Shown: piece after piece, positions 1 to 25,015 of the stretch | How the letters are laid out: each line of letters begins with the position of its first letter | Numbering within the stretch: position 1 is the first letter of the stretch | Source of the DNA: Eledone cirrhosa | Taxonomy: Eukaryota | Length of the DNA: 64,000 nucleotides | Direction of reading: 5' to 3' | NCBI GenBank assembly: GCA_964016885.1 | Contig: OZ024756.1 | Span: 34,906,001-34,970,000, forward strand | Position numbers and translations under genes: made by a program | Notes under the pieces: model-generated | Seen by the model: only the letters and a program-made list of their open reading frames with translations | What the model was told of the DNA's origin: nothing | Database searches by the model: none

Positions 1-1160
1 TTATATTAATTAGAAAGTAATTAATATGTAAGTAAATATACTTATTTCTGGAAAGTACCGATTTCCTTATTAAGTGTCTCAGAGTACAAGACTCTCGTTG
101 GATATGTCACCAGTCTATCACAGGATTAACTCCCTAGCTACCGAGAAGGATACACAGGAAGAATTGTCCCCAGTACTTGACTGGTACTTTTTTTTTTATT
201 GACCTCAAATAGATGAAAGGCTAAGTTGAACTCAGAGAGAGGCAGAAGGAATACTGCAAGGCATTCTATCAACTCTTTCAATTATACACCAGCCAAATTC
301 TAGATGTCAGTTATCCATGAGATATATGCCTTGGGCCGAGTCACTTGACCTGTTCAATGTGTAGGGTGTAATGTGATCTCAGGCTAGCAAAGAACGTACA
401 TGTGGCTGATGCACAGGAGTAGCAAACACTCACAGGAAACAAGCTCTATCAAATTCTTAGAGGGTTCCGAAGAATAAGTTGACAGCTTCTGTTACCTGGG
501 TGATAAAATCAGCAGTAGAACAAGAGTTATTAATGCTGCTAGCTAGAAAAGTTTGGTTTTCCTCAAAATGAAAGCCAAATTCTATGATGCGTGTATATAA
601 ACAGCAATACTGCATGGTAGTGAAATGTGGGTGGTGTGTGCAGTGGACTGAAGATTGCATGCTGATATAGATTCCACGAGAAGGAGAGAGAGCAGAAAGA
701 GAAGCTTGTACCTGAACCAGCTTCTACACCAATGAACAACAGTCAAGAATACAACAACCATGTTAATATTTACCAGAAATCTTTTATTAAAACAGCAGAC
801 ATTATATTCGTTTCAATAGATTTTTTTTTTTATTTTTCCATATTTTTTCTTCTTTTCATTCTTTCAACAACAAATGTTTTTTTTTTTTTGAAACTTTGAA
901 AATAAAAAAAAAAAATGGTTATTTTTATATATTTATTTTTTTTAGGGAGAAGATCTGATTGTTTTCTCTTTTATTAATTATGATTCATCAACTTGTTAGG
1001 ATGACGAGAAGGTATCTGGTTTGGCTCTACCTAACCAGCACAAACAGAACAACTGGTTACTAACATTTGGAATAGTTTTTAAAGGGGACAGGGTTAACAA
1101 CTACAGTTCCCTGCTTTTAGCTAGCCTCAACAGTTTTCTATTAAGGACAGGGAGCACTCG

Positions 1161-1237
<77 letters not shown>

Positions 1238-1491
1238 TACATCTATATATATAAGATGGATTATAGTTATTTGAACATATAAGTTTCAGCACAGAATCTC
1301 TGCTTTCACCTTTTCATGGGATGTTCAGAAACTGAGTTAATTTAAAATCTGTGGACACAGATATAAACATTTCAAAATATTGCAGGCAACATGAATATGT
1401 ATTTATATATATATATATATGTGTGTGTGTGTTTATATATATATGTGTATGTATGTATGTATATATATATATGTATGTATATATATATGTG

Positions 1492-1526
<35 letters not shown>

Positions 1527-1734
1527 ATGTATATATATATATATATATATATAGTAATGAATGTTGCTCCCTGTTACATATTGGTTTAACTTTCAAACTA
1601 CTCACAACATTATATTTCTGTCTAATAACATTATTACATCACGTCAATGGAAATTTGAGAGAAATTTGGAAAAAAAAAAAAGGAAAACCAAAATCAACAA
1701 TATTGATTCAATGGAAGAAATGAAATGATTTATT

Positions 1735-1768
<34 letters not shown>

Positions 1769-1785
1769 AATATATATAGATAGAT

Positions 1786-1824
<39 letters not shown>

Positions 1825-1953
1825 ATCTCTGGTAAAACAGAGAAAACATTTGGTTTAGATTTCACAAATATACATTTTAAACAATGCGTGAAGAGAATGG
1901 AAGGGAAGAACAGCGGAATCTTCTACTGGCATTGACTGTGTGTGTGTATATAT

Positions 1954-2037
1954 TATATTATAAAGAGTTGGGACCCGACAGCTGAGCTCTTGCTGTTTCA
2001 ACAGCTCGGCCGTCAGCTCCTTACTCTTTATAATATA
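1954..2037 (-). ncRNA. Degenerate hammerhead-like motif closed by a 15-bp perfect inverted repeat
   Basis: CTGACGG..GAAAC-AGC..GCT-GTC; flanks TATATTATAAAGAGT / ACTCTTTATAATATA. Confidence 0.4.
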
Positions 2038-2288
2038 GCCATACTCTACTGCCTCAAGTATAGTGAACTCTATTGAGTAATGGTCGAAACAGTTTTAAAC
2101 TGGTTCTATCTGGATATATATATAATTTAAGTAAGTAAGTTAATTTTTTTTAAAGAAATTTTCTTATTTTACGTCTTATATATTATTGTTCTGCATTCTC
2201 CTGCATTGAACCACCTAGGTACTATGACATAACCTGTGTATTTGCTGGCATTAGCGTACATCTGTGCGCTTATGTTAGTAGATATATT

Positions 2289-2337
<49 letters not shown>

Positions 2338-3544
2338 AAGTAATAATAATAAATTTGAAGACTAAAATCCAAAGAGGGCTCAATAAGGATAAATATATAT
2401 CAAATATATAAGAACCGTAGAGCAAATATTTATTAAAATAACAGATTAAAGTTTAAGCAAAGAAACGCTGCTTTCACCCTTAACGGGATCTTCTAATAAA
2501 TATATATATATTATATATATATATATTATATATATATATATTTGGATTAATTGATATTGTAGGAATTGCTTTTGTACATACCTGATGGGATTTTGTGAAA
2601 ATGAGAAAATAATCTCAGGTTATTAAAGTTTTCTTTTCACTCACCATATTGAACACCAGAAAATACTGCGTGTGTGTGTGTGTGTGTACATATATGTATA
2701 TATACACACATACACATATATATTATTCATATAAATACACACAGGTAAGTCAATGCCACCAATCTATAAGACACATTTCCACTGATTAATTAATTAATAA
2801 AAGACCCCATAATGAAATATACAACCAATTTTAATCAGTAGAAAACAGAAACTGGAAGGGGAGGGGGGTTATAAGGAAGCAGGAACTAAAACTGTTTAAG
2901 TAGCTACTATAGGTTGGGAAATAAAACAGGTAATAGACCCAGCTGCTAGAGGTTACAAAAAAGGACACAAAGAGCCATTTAACCCAGCTACAATAGGTGA
3001 AATGGGACACACAGCGAGCCACTGGATGGGAATGAGGTGGGGGTTGCTTTAGTGCCATAGTAGACAGCTTCATCATATCTTTGCATTATTCTCAGCAAGA
3101 GAGGGGAATGTATGCCTGTGAGAATATATATATATATACACATACATGTGTGTATGTATATGTACAGACACAGTAAATCTTGACCATGATTCACCAAATA
3201 TAAGATTGTTATTAAAGAGATGAAGGTTTCCAGAAGAATCCTTTGCACAGCCTATTTGTCAGCATCTTGTGATGAATTGTAGAATAATGGGAGTTTCAGG
3301 GATGGATGGGGGCAAGAGAAGGATAGAAAGGGGGGGGAAAGAAGGATTTGGAGATAACAATTGCAGCTCTACAACATCAGTGTACAATGATACACTACAA
3401 CACAGACTGCAATGATACTCTGGGTGGAGACAAGAAGACAGAAGTTAAGGGGAGGCCAGAAATAGCACTGATATACACCATACAGCTAAGTTAGAATCAA
3501 AATCTGTACAAAAGATGGAAAAGTGACACTAACAAGATCTTAAT

Positions 3545-15787
<12,243 letters not shown>

Positions 15788-18034
15788 GATTGATTACCTC
15801 TCTAGAATAAAATATAGAAAGCCAACAGGTCAGTGGTCAAAATATATTGGGCAATATATTGGGCAATTTTGGCCATAAACAAATTATATAAGGTGTTCCA
15901 GTACTACAACAAAACATTGTATCCAAATGGATAAGAAGAATTTACACCCTAACGACATGCAAATGAAATACTCATATTTAACTCAATGAAATAATCATAT
16001 TTAAGTCAAACTTTACATTGTTTTTTTTATATTGTACATTTTTTACATGTATATGTGCACGCAAACCCACATGACCATGTACATATTCATCTAAGACTGC
16101 TCAATTTATGTCAATTAATTATGCCACTAGCAATAACATTATTCAACTTAGTACTTCAGACTAAAGAAAGTGAAGTGTAGATGCAATTTAAAACATGTGA
16201 GACTCCAGTCAGGCTTAAAGTATGTGTGTGTGTGTGTGTGTGTGCGTGAAAAGAAGTGGTATATTTAGCTAAAATTACTGAAGTACATAAAAATATATTC
16301 AGCTGTGCTGTGTAAATCTGAAAGTGCCTGTATTAAACAACAATTTGATAGTAATTTTATCGTTGATTCCAGAGTAAATAGCCTGAAATATGTCTGCAAC
16401 AGCTGTTGGAATTATAAACCATTACCAAGCTTTATTGACAGTAGAATAAATTAGTGAATTGGATGGTAAGTATTGAAATCACAAAACAATGCTTTCAGCT
16501 ATCAGCCAGGTTTATATTAATAAATGAATTGTAGACACTAGGATGAAATTATAATGAGGTAGCAGTGAAGAAGATTTGACAAAAGCTGGAGAAATAATAG
16601 AGGAATGTTCTAGTGCAAATATCTAATTTAAAACAATGTCTAGTTTACACAGAATCTAAATTTATCTGGATTCAGCTTGGCTAAATGATTAAAAGATTTG
16701 CTGTATCACCAATAGATTCCAAGTTTGATCCCACTGCAGGATATCTTGGATAAGTAAATGTCTTTTACTATAGCCATTGGTCAACACAAGCTTATAGGCA
16801 CAGTGTGGCAGAATGGTTAAGAAGTTCACTTAAAGCCACACGAAACTGAGATATACTCCAACCTGATGACTACCTAGGCTCAAGAAATACTATTTTTGAT
16901 ATCCAAATTGTCCGTCAATTTTTGAAGATGATAATTTCAATTTTTCATTATGTCATGTTTGAGCCGGTGTTTTAAGAAGTCATCCATGAAATAGTAGTGG
17001 TGCTTACAGAGCTGGTGACTGGGTATTTAACACCCTGGTCTAGCCCTACAATGTGTACCCTATCTTCTTCCAGTTATGCATCAAATTCTCCCAAATAAAA
17101 TAATTTCAATTTACAGTTTAGCAAGCTGAAAAACCTAGATTTTGACACTTCTTGCTCTGACTCTACTGAAAAAAAGAAAAGAAATATGCCTACATTTCCC
17201 ATTACACAATCCACACTCACCATTGCTAAATAATGTGACAGGTCATAATATCACCCAACCCTCTACATCCACAGCTTTGGATATTTCCACAATGCAGCTA
17301 CACATCAAAAATGTTTCATGATTTCATTATTGATTGCAAGAAATTATTATACAGAGTGCGACAGAAAAATCTCTCGTATCTTACACATTATACCCCCAAA
17401 TTGTGGGAGGTATTTTTGGCACACCCTGTATATCTAATTTATACAAATATATAAAACTGTGAGCCTCTGAGGTCTGCATTCTATATGGTTGCTTAGTTGG
17501 CTCAATGGGGTGCCAGCCCTGGGTATATATATTTATGTGAATGAACTAAAGAGATTATAGCTAATTATTGTAATAATCTAGTCAGATTTAATCCTTAATG
17601 TGTAACTGAGGAAGATGGAATAGTAATGATAGTAAACACACATACAATGTGTGTGTGAGTGTGTTTATATGTATATATAACATTGTTTAATGTTTATTTT
17701 CCCTGATAGTAAGGGTCAAATAGGTCGCCACAGACAGGTCCGTAATCAAGCAGAGCAACTAAGATTCAATCCTACACTCTACCGAGTGCATTTTATTATA
17801 GCATCAACTCTAGAAAAATTGTCATTCATATATATATCTTGCTAAATTATGTTTCTAAATTAGTTGTAAACCATAGGCAGTGTCTTGCACAAGAAGTATG
17901 ATAAAAGGGTTAATAGAACATTGTTAGAACTCAATGTGTCCTTGAAAAGATTGTTGCAGCGAAGTTAGACAGTGTGCCCAGTTGTTTTTGTGGAGGTTTC
18001 CTTGAAGAAGATCCATCCAGGTTACAGAGTCATA

Positions 18035-18331
18035 TAGAACAATGAAAAAAAGAAGACAGAAGTCTGACATAGTTAATTAGTTCATTGTTTTACGATTGTT
18101 TCAGCGGGTCGACTGATTGTGGAAGATCAATGTATTGATTAACACAGTAGTGTTTCTGAAGAAAATGGTTGATTGAACAGGAATTTCCAGACCAGAAATA
18201 GGTAGTAGCCTAACCACTACCATGCCAGTCAATACATTGATCTTCCATGACCAGTTGACCCTCTGAAACGATCGTAAAATAATGAACTAATTAACAACCT
18301 ACATCTGACTTCTGTCTTTTTCATTGCTCTA
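18035..18331. mobile_element. Fold-back element, ~115-bp arms, Penelope-like terminal-repeat remnant
   Basis: 18035-18152 is an imperfect reverse complement of 18213-18331; hammerhead motif; adjacent (TA)n. Confidence 0.55.
18151..18281 (+). ncRNA. Type I hammerhead ribozyme motif with extended stem II
   Basis: TGTTT-CTGAAGA (18156-62), imperfect 13-bp stem II closing a ~75-nt loop, GAAAC-GATC-GTA (18265-76), AAATA. Confidence 0.55.
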
Positions 18332-18343
18332 AGCACAAACACA

Positions 18344-18387
<44 letters not shown>

Positions 18388-19091
18388 TGAATGTGTGTAT
18401 ATATATATGAATGTGTATATATATATGAATGTGTATATATATATATGAATGTGTATATATATATATATATGAATGTGTATATATATATATGAATGTGTAT
18501 ATATATATATATATGAATGTGTATATATATATATATATATATATGAATGTGTATATATATATTTATATATATATATATCATCATCATCGTTTAATGTCCA
18601 TCTTCCATGCTAGCATGGGTCTGGACGGGAATTGTCCCACTTGAGGCAAGATTGGTTGTCTTGCTCAGGACTGTCTGGCGGGTTTTCTATGGCTGGATGC
18701 CCTTCCTAACACCAACCACGTTTACAGTGTGGACTGGCAGGTTTTTACCATGTTACCTACACGGCCACATTACAGCGTGGACTGTGTGTTTTTTTGTCGT
18801 GACACCTACACAACCTCATTTATTTAGGACTGGATGTTGTGGTACCAACATAGCTTTACATTGAAAGGGGTGGTGTAGATGGTGGTGGGGGTAGGGTTAG
18901 TGGGACGGGGGTGTATTTTGGTTAAGAGGTGCCTACTGACTAGGTTTTGCTTTGTACTTAGGCAAGGCGGGTCTTCTGTATTGCTACGTAGCACCAAAGA
19001 TCTCGGTCCAGTGACATTGTCTTGGAGAGGTGTAAGTGTGTGAGGTCGGATTTTATCAAGTCGTCCCAGGTTTTTCTGGGTCTGCCTATGA

Positions 19092-19135
<44 letters not shown>

Positions 19136-19200
19136 CTCAGTATGCAGGCTGGAGCACTCGACGAAGTACGCAGGTTGGCTTGTTTACTCCGGAGTAATGT

Positions 19201-19745
19201 AAAATAAAATAAGTCAAATATGTAAAATTTGGCTTCGTTTATTATAAATTATAATTTACAGCCAATAATGGCTGTCCCTGAAATATATATAGCAGTAAAT
19301 TATAATTTATAATAAACGAAGGAGGAATATGGCTTAGTGGTTAGAGCATTGGGCTTGCAATCGAAAGGTTGTGAGTTCAATTCTCAGACCGGGTGGTGTG
19401 TTGTTTCCTTGAGCAAGACACTTTATTTCACAGTTTACTCAGCTATAAAAATGAGATGATAGGGACTGGGGTCCCTATCATTCCACTGCAAAGTTGTCGT
19501 GGAGGTGCCACAGCAAAAAAAAAAAAGCACCCAGCCCACACTGTAAAGTGAACGTGTAGGCGCCACAGAAAAAAGCACCCACCACTCACTGTAAATGAGG
19601 TTGGTGTCAGAAAGGGCATCCAGCTGTAGAAATCAAGCCAGAATCAGTTCCCGTCCCACCCTTGCAAGCAGGGAAAAGCGGATGAAAAATGATGATGATG
19701 AAGCCAAATTTTACATATTTTACTTACTAATTTTATTTTATTTTA
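19201..19745. mobile_element. Fold-back element interrupted by SINE sequence (19321-19700)
   Basis: Left arm AAATATGTAAAATTTGGCTTCGTTTATTATAAATTATAATTTAC; right arm split into 19295-19321 and 19701-19745. Confidence 0.55.
19321..19700 (+). mobile_element. tRNA-derived SINE head plus RTE-tailed SINE fragment
   Basis: A box TGGCTTAGTGG, B box GAGTTCAATTC, CCTTGAGCAAGACAC core; 3' end ...AAAAATGATGATGAT. Confidence 0.7.
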
Positions 19746-20154
19746 TATATATATATATGAATGTGTATATATATGTGTGTGCATGTAAACATGTAGATAC
19801 AAGTGTATAAATTATGTTGCAAGATAATGACCGATTTAAAAATTTCAGTGTTAGTGTTAACCCTATCAGTGGCCATACATAATGATGTGCATGCATGTAT
19901 GTGTGTATACATACTCTGTGTGTTTGTGAAGACCTACTTTAACAATAGATTCTATGACATTCTTTACATTGAAATGTGATGCCATGTTTGTCACAGAGAA
20001 AGATCTAGAACAACGGGTGTCTACAGAAAAACTTAAGACAGTTAGCAATATATATATCGCTACAATGTCAAGTTCAGGGTCTCCATGATTGATAAGAGGG
20101 GGATAAGATATCCTCAAACTAGAAACCTGGTCTGAATGCTTATAACAGAAATCC

Positions 20155-20490
20155 TGCCATGGTCAACATAGCCTTTCATCCTTCTGGAGTCAATAAAATA
20201 AAGTACCAGTCAAATACTAGGGTTGATATAATCAACTTTTCCCCACCCCCTAAATTGCTGGCTGTGTGCCTAAATTAGGAACAGCATCATCGATTGTTTC
20301 CTGTAATGCAAACTAAGCAGTGCTTCTCACCTGTGTGTGAGTAGGAACACAAAATATTTTTATTTTCTGAGTTCAAATCCCGCCGAGGTTAGCTTTGACT
20401 TTCATCCTTACAGGGTCGATAAAATAAAGTACCAGTAACGTACTGGGTCGATTTAATTGACTTTCTCCTCCCCCAAAATTTGTCAGAAAC
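20155..20490 (+). mobile_element. Two partial SINE copies, dominant family, plus orientation
   Basis: GAGTTCAAATCC..TTTCATCCTTACAGGGTCGATAAAATAAAGTACCAGT. Confidence 0.75.
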
Positions 20491-21401
20491 CATTATTATT
20501 ATTATTTGTAGTAGTATTTTAGTGATTACAATAGATATGACTTAAAATGCTGTGTAATAAGTTATTTTATCAGTTGTTAAGGACACAGGTACACACTGAG
20601 TCACAGAATGGGGTAGGGAGAAGTTAATTTCCATGTCTATCAGAGATATTCTAATTTTAAACCAGATAAATATTTAAATATTTATCATTTGAATAATCAT
20701 TTCAGCAATGTAATACCACACAGTGTGTGTGTGTGTAGGTATATATGTATGGATATGTGTGTGGCCAGGTAGGTATGGGGACATCTATGTGAGTGTGTAT
20801 AGCCTGACAAATTTGTTAAGGTAACTAGTCTTCAACATTTTTTGCACTGACCACACTAAGAAAAATACTAGGCCTGCATTTTCCACTACACAGTCCACGC
20901 TCAGACACTCCAAATTATGTTACTATGTAACCCCCTCCACCACTTTGGATATTTCCATTATTTCCATAACGCTGCTACATGGCAAAGATGTTTAATGATT
21001 TATTTACTGGTCACAGTAAATTATTATATATTTCATATAAATTTCTATAAAATTCAGTAATGCCTTCATTACTCCATTACGTTTATTTGAGGTCTTTGCT
21101 CTAGGTGGTTACCCAGTTAGCTTTAATGGTAGCACTGCTCTTGACTACATTTACCAATAAAGTTACAAAAGCCTATTTAGGACATGAATTTAATGTAGTG
21201 TTAAATCAACACAGAATTTTGATCGGAATATCAAGTAGAAGGATGTAGACAAATAATTAGTTAGTCATAATTTTATCAAACTATGTAACCAAAATATAAC
21301 ACAGTAAAAACATTAGGATGTGGAGGGAAAATATTAAATAAGCAGTTAGAGACAAAACAGAAATTAACACTGGCTTGGTTAAACAATAAAATCCATTTTA
21401 A

Positions 21402-21611
21402 CCCTTTATCATTTACATTACTCTATATTTACTATTGTATTTTCCCAGTAAAGGCTTTATCTCACATAATATAATATTGAATCTATGAGATTTTGATATT
21501 TATTTTGAGAACAATATCTTAACATCAGTATGAGTGGCCGGGTACAGCCGGTTTGAACAGAAAGAGGTGAGAGAATTCTGACCGGATACAGCCGGTTTAA
21601 GGGTTAAAGGG
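21402..21611. mobile_element. piggyBac-like MITE
   Basis: Same family, right end slightly degenerate. Confidence 0.8.
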
Positions 21612-21988
21612 TTCCTATTAAAATTTAAATCTTCCAAAACTATTTTATATAAGAACCAAATGTTAAGTTACTATTTTACTAATGAAATAATAATTTTAGT
21701 AAATCCATCAAAATTCTTCTCCGATTAATTAAAGTAGAATATACGAGTATTTCATCAGAAATATGGTCATGAAAAGGTAAAACTGTGTGCTGAAGTTCTG
21801 TTGTTATAATTTATGTAAGAATCTTTGTTAAGTTATATTCCAAATACCAATTAAATAACAAGAAAGATAATTTACTAAATACTAAATATTTTCAGTCATG
21901 ATTACTTTAAAAATTAACTGAAAATTACAAACAGTGTTTTTCATTAGACATTTGATAACGAAAGGGGTAAAGGTTAGGATTAGTGTAC

Positions 21989-22061
<73 letters not shown>

Positions 22062-22146
22062 GTGTGAGTGTGTAGGTAGGTAGAGTGTTTTAATGGGAGA
22101 ATAAATATTTATATAGAAGTTAAATAAACATAAGACAATGACAGAA

Positions 22147-22292
22147 GGTGGTGAGAAGAGAGAGCGGTGGTGGCAGTGGTGAGAAGAGAGAGCGGTGGTG
22201 GCAGTGGTGAGAAGAGAGGGCGGTGGTGGCAGTGGTGAGAAGAGAGGGCGGTGGTGGCAGTGGTGAGAAGAGAGGGCGGTGGTGGCAGTGGT
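22147..22292. repeat. 28-bp minisatellite, 5 copies
   Basis: GGTGAGAAGAGAGGGCGGTGGTGGCAGT. Confidence 0.9.
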
Positions 22293-22350
22293 AAACAATG
22301 TTAGATATAAACAGTTTTTATAAAAGAATCAAAAGTCAAGTAGATTAATT

Positions 22351-22530
22351 GTTTCTACTTTAGGCACAAGGCCAGCAATTACCCAGTGCATTACTGGTAC
22401 TTTATTTTATCGACCCCGTAAGGATGAAAGACAAAGTCAACCTCGGTGGGATTTGAACTCAGATCGTAAAGGGACGTAACTATGCTGGAAAGCATGGCGT
22501 CCGACCCTCTACCGATACTGCCAATCCACC
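22351..22530 (-). mobile_element. SINE, dominant family
   Basis: Near-consensus copy. Confidence 0.8.
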
Positions 22531-23984
22531 GTAGATTAATATCTTAACATAAGGTAACAGTGGTAACAATGTGACGAGGAAGCTTAGTGCGGTGATGTTG
22601 CTGGTGAGGACATGTACTGTAGAGCAGTGTAGTATAGCAGGGAGGACAGGTGGTTTGGTCTAGTATGGTAGTGAGGATATGTGATGTTGTGTAGTGTAAT
22701 AGTGAGGAAACAGTGTGGTGTAGTGTGATTGTGATGACATGGTGTGGTGTAGTGTGACATGTGGCGTAATACGGTAGTAAGGATGTAGTGTGTTAGTGAA
22801 GTGCTTTGATACTGTTGGTTCCAGGCCTTCCATTCCTTAACCCCTCTAGAACTAATGTACCAATAATACATGGAGGTTAAATCATTTTCGTCAATCTTGT
22901 GTCTAGTTAAAGCTCTAGTTAGTAACAGAAAGATTGAGAAATTCAGTTTTAGTTACATGCTCGTGAGGGTGCCTGGTTGTTTCAGCACCTTAGCCTCGCC
23001 ATCACCAGTGGCAATGCTGCCAGCTTATTGGCTTGCCTCAAAGTATTTAGTTAACCCCTAAGATGTGATGTGTGGCCGATTGTCGCACTTGGTGGTGAAC
23101 TGACGGTCGTTTTTGTTTTTGTTACATGTTGGAACATTAGGAAATCATGAACACCACAACATCCTCCATATTTTTCCCTACTATAAATTCTCAGGTTCAA
23201 ATGTTGAAGTTTCTAACACCAAACAACAACAGTAATGAAGCAAACGAAGAAATCTATACGTGATCATTCCCCATGCTAGAAATAGCAGTCAACTGCCTCT
23301 TGAATCACATGCCACTGCCTAGTATATAAATACAGTGTGGGGTGGGCGGGGAGACAAGAAAGGGCTAAACAGTACTACCGCTAGCAATATAACACCATCA
23401 ATAACCACAACAATAGCAACACCAACAACACCACCAACAACAATAGCAACACCACCACAACACCAACAACAACAATAGCAACACCACCACAACACCAACA
23501 CCAATGTTAAAAGGAGATATCGATTGCAATTTTGGATTAGAGTGAAAAATATAATTTAGGGCAGATATAAGAAGAAGTAGAACAATAACAATTAGTAGGT
23601 AGGAAAACATGATTTAAAACTGGGAGTTGCTGACCTAGTGTTGGTAGTGGTGGTGATAGTGGTAGTAGTAACGGTGGTGGTGGTAGAGGTAGTAGTAATG
23701 GTAGAGGTAGTAGTAATGGTGGTGGTAGTAGTAATGGTGGTAATGGTGATAGTGGTAGTAGAATGAGGAGAAGGGGACTAACAACCGACACACAGTAGTG
23801 AGAAATATTATGAATGCTGACCAAAACATTTACAGAACAAACAGAAACCACCAAGCTCTTTCCCCTGCTACACACACACTCGGGGGGGGGGGGGGGGGTT
23901 AGTTGCCATATACACTACTATAAAAAGGAAGAGTTGACCTTTGTCAGTGTCTAAATGAAAATGAGCAACCAGAGACACACACAC

Positions 23985-24210
23985 GCATATATACACATAT
24001 GTATATACACACGCATATATACACATATGTATATACACACACATATATACACATGTATATACACACACATATATACACATATGTATATACACACACATAT
24101 ATACACATATGTATATACACACACATATATACACATATGTATATACACACACATATATACACATATGTATATACACACACATATATACACATATGTATAT
24201 ACACACATAT
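23985..24210. repeat. 26-bp TA/CA compound minisatellite
   Basis: ATATATACACATATGTATATACACAC-type units. Confidence 0.85.
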
Positions 24211-24739
24211 CCCATGTAATATGAAGCAGCACCTGATACACAGAAGCTAAAAACTAGCAAAAAGAACAGTATAGCAGTGAGGGAGGTTAAACTACATCAA
24301 CACCACCACTACCATCACCCCTACTATCAACACCACCACTACCATCATCTAGTACTATTATCACCACCACTCCCTTTAGCCCCCCCCCCCTCCCCCGCCA
24401 CTGCAGTCCAACACTATAATCATCACCACCTATCACCATCAATCGATCCTTCCACCACCAAACGATCCCACAACAGCACCAACACTACCACCACCCTTTA
24501 CAACAACCACCAAACAATACCTGCACCATCACCATCATCATATCATATCAATCTAACCATTGACTATTAAAATACTGCAACCAGATAATTTTCAACAAAT
24601 CAAATTCAATCCAATGATATGTTTAAAAAACAAACATTTCAGTCAACATTGACTTTATTACACATGCAGAGCTTTATTAACCCATGTTCCGGCGAGCATC
24701 TAGGCTTTCATGTATATCAGGGGGCCACTCTGGCACCTC

Positions 24740-25015
24740 AATCTTTCACCAATATAACCCTAGATGGGACAACACTTGAGATTGATGAGGATTTTTAGTA
24801 TCTAGGGACCTTTGTCAATGATACCATGATGGACTTCAAATAAAGGCCAAAAGTCTGGACATCCTTTTGGAAACTGAGAAATATCTGGAAGTCAAGTACC
24901 ACTAAAAATCAAAAGTTTTAAGGGATCAGTGCTGTCTGTTCTCCTCTATGTAACTGAGTTGTACACCATCACAGAGACATTAAAGAGAATTAATGCCTTT
25001 TAAACTCACTGCTTG
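24740..25015 (+). mobile_element. RTE-like LINE reverse transcriptase remnant
   Basis: ITLDGTTLEIDEDF*YLG...FWKLRNIWKS...SVLSVLLY, with stops and frameshifts. Confidence 0.6.

Noticed and set aside
19321-19395. tRNA gene
   Set aside because: A and B boxes are present but acceptor stem pairing is poor and it runs into SINE core sequence; treated as a SINE head.
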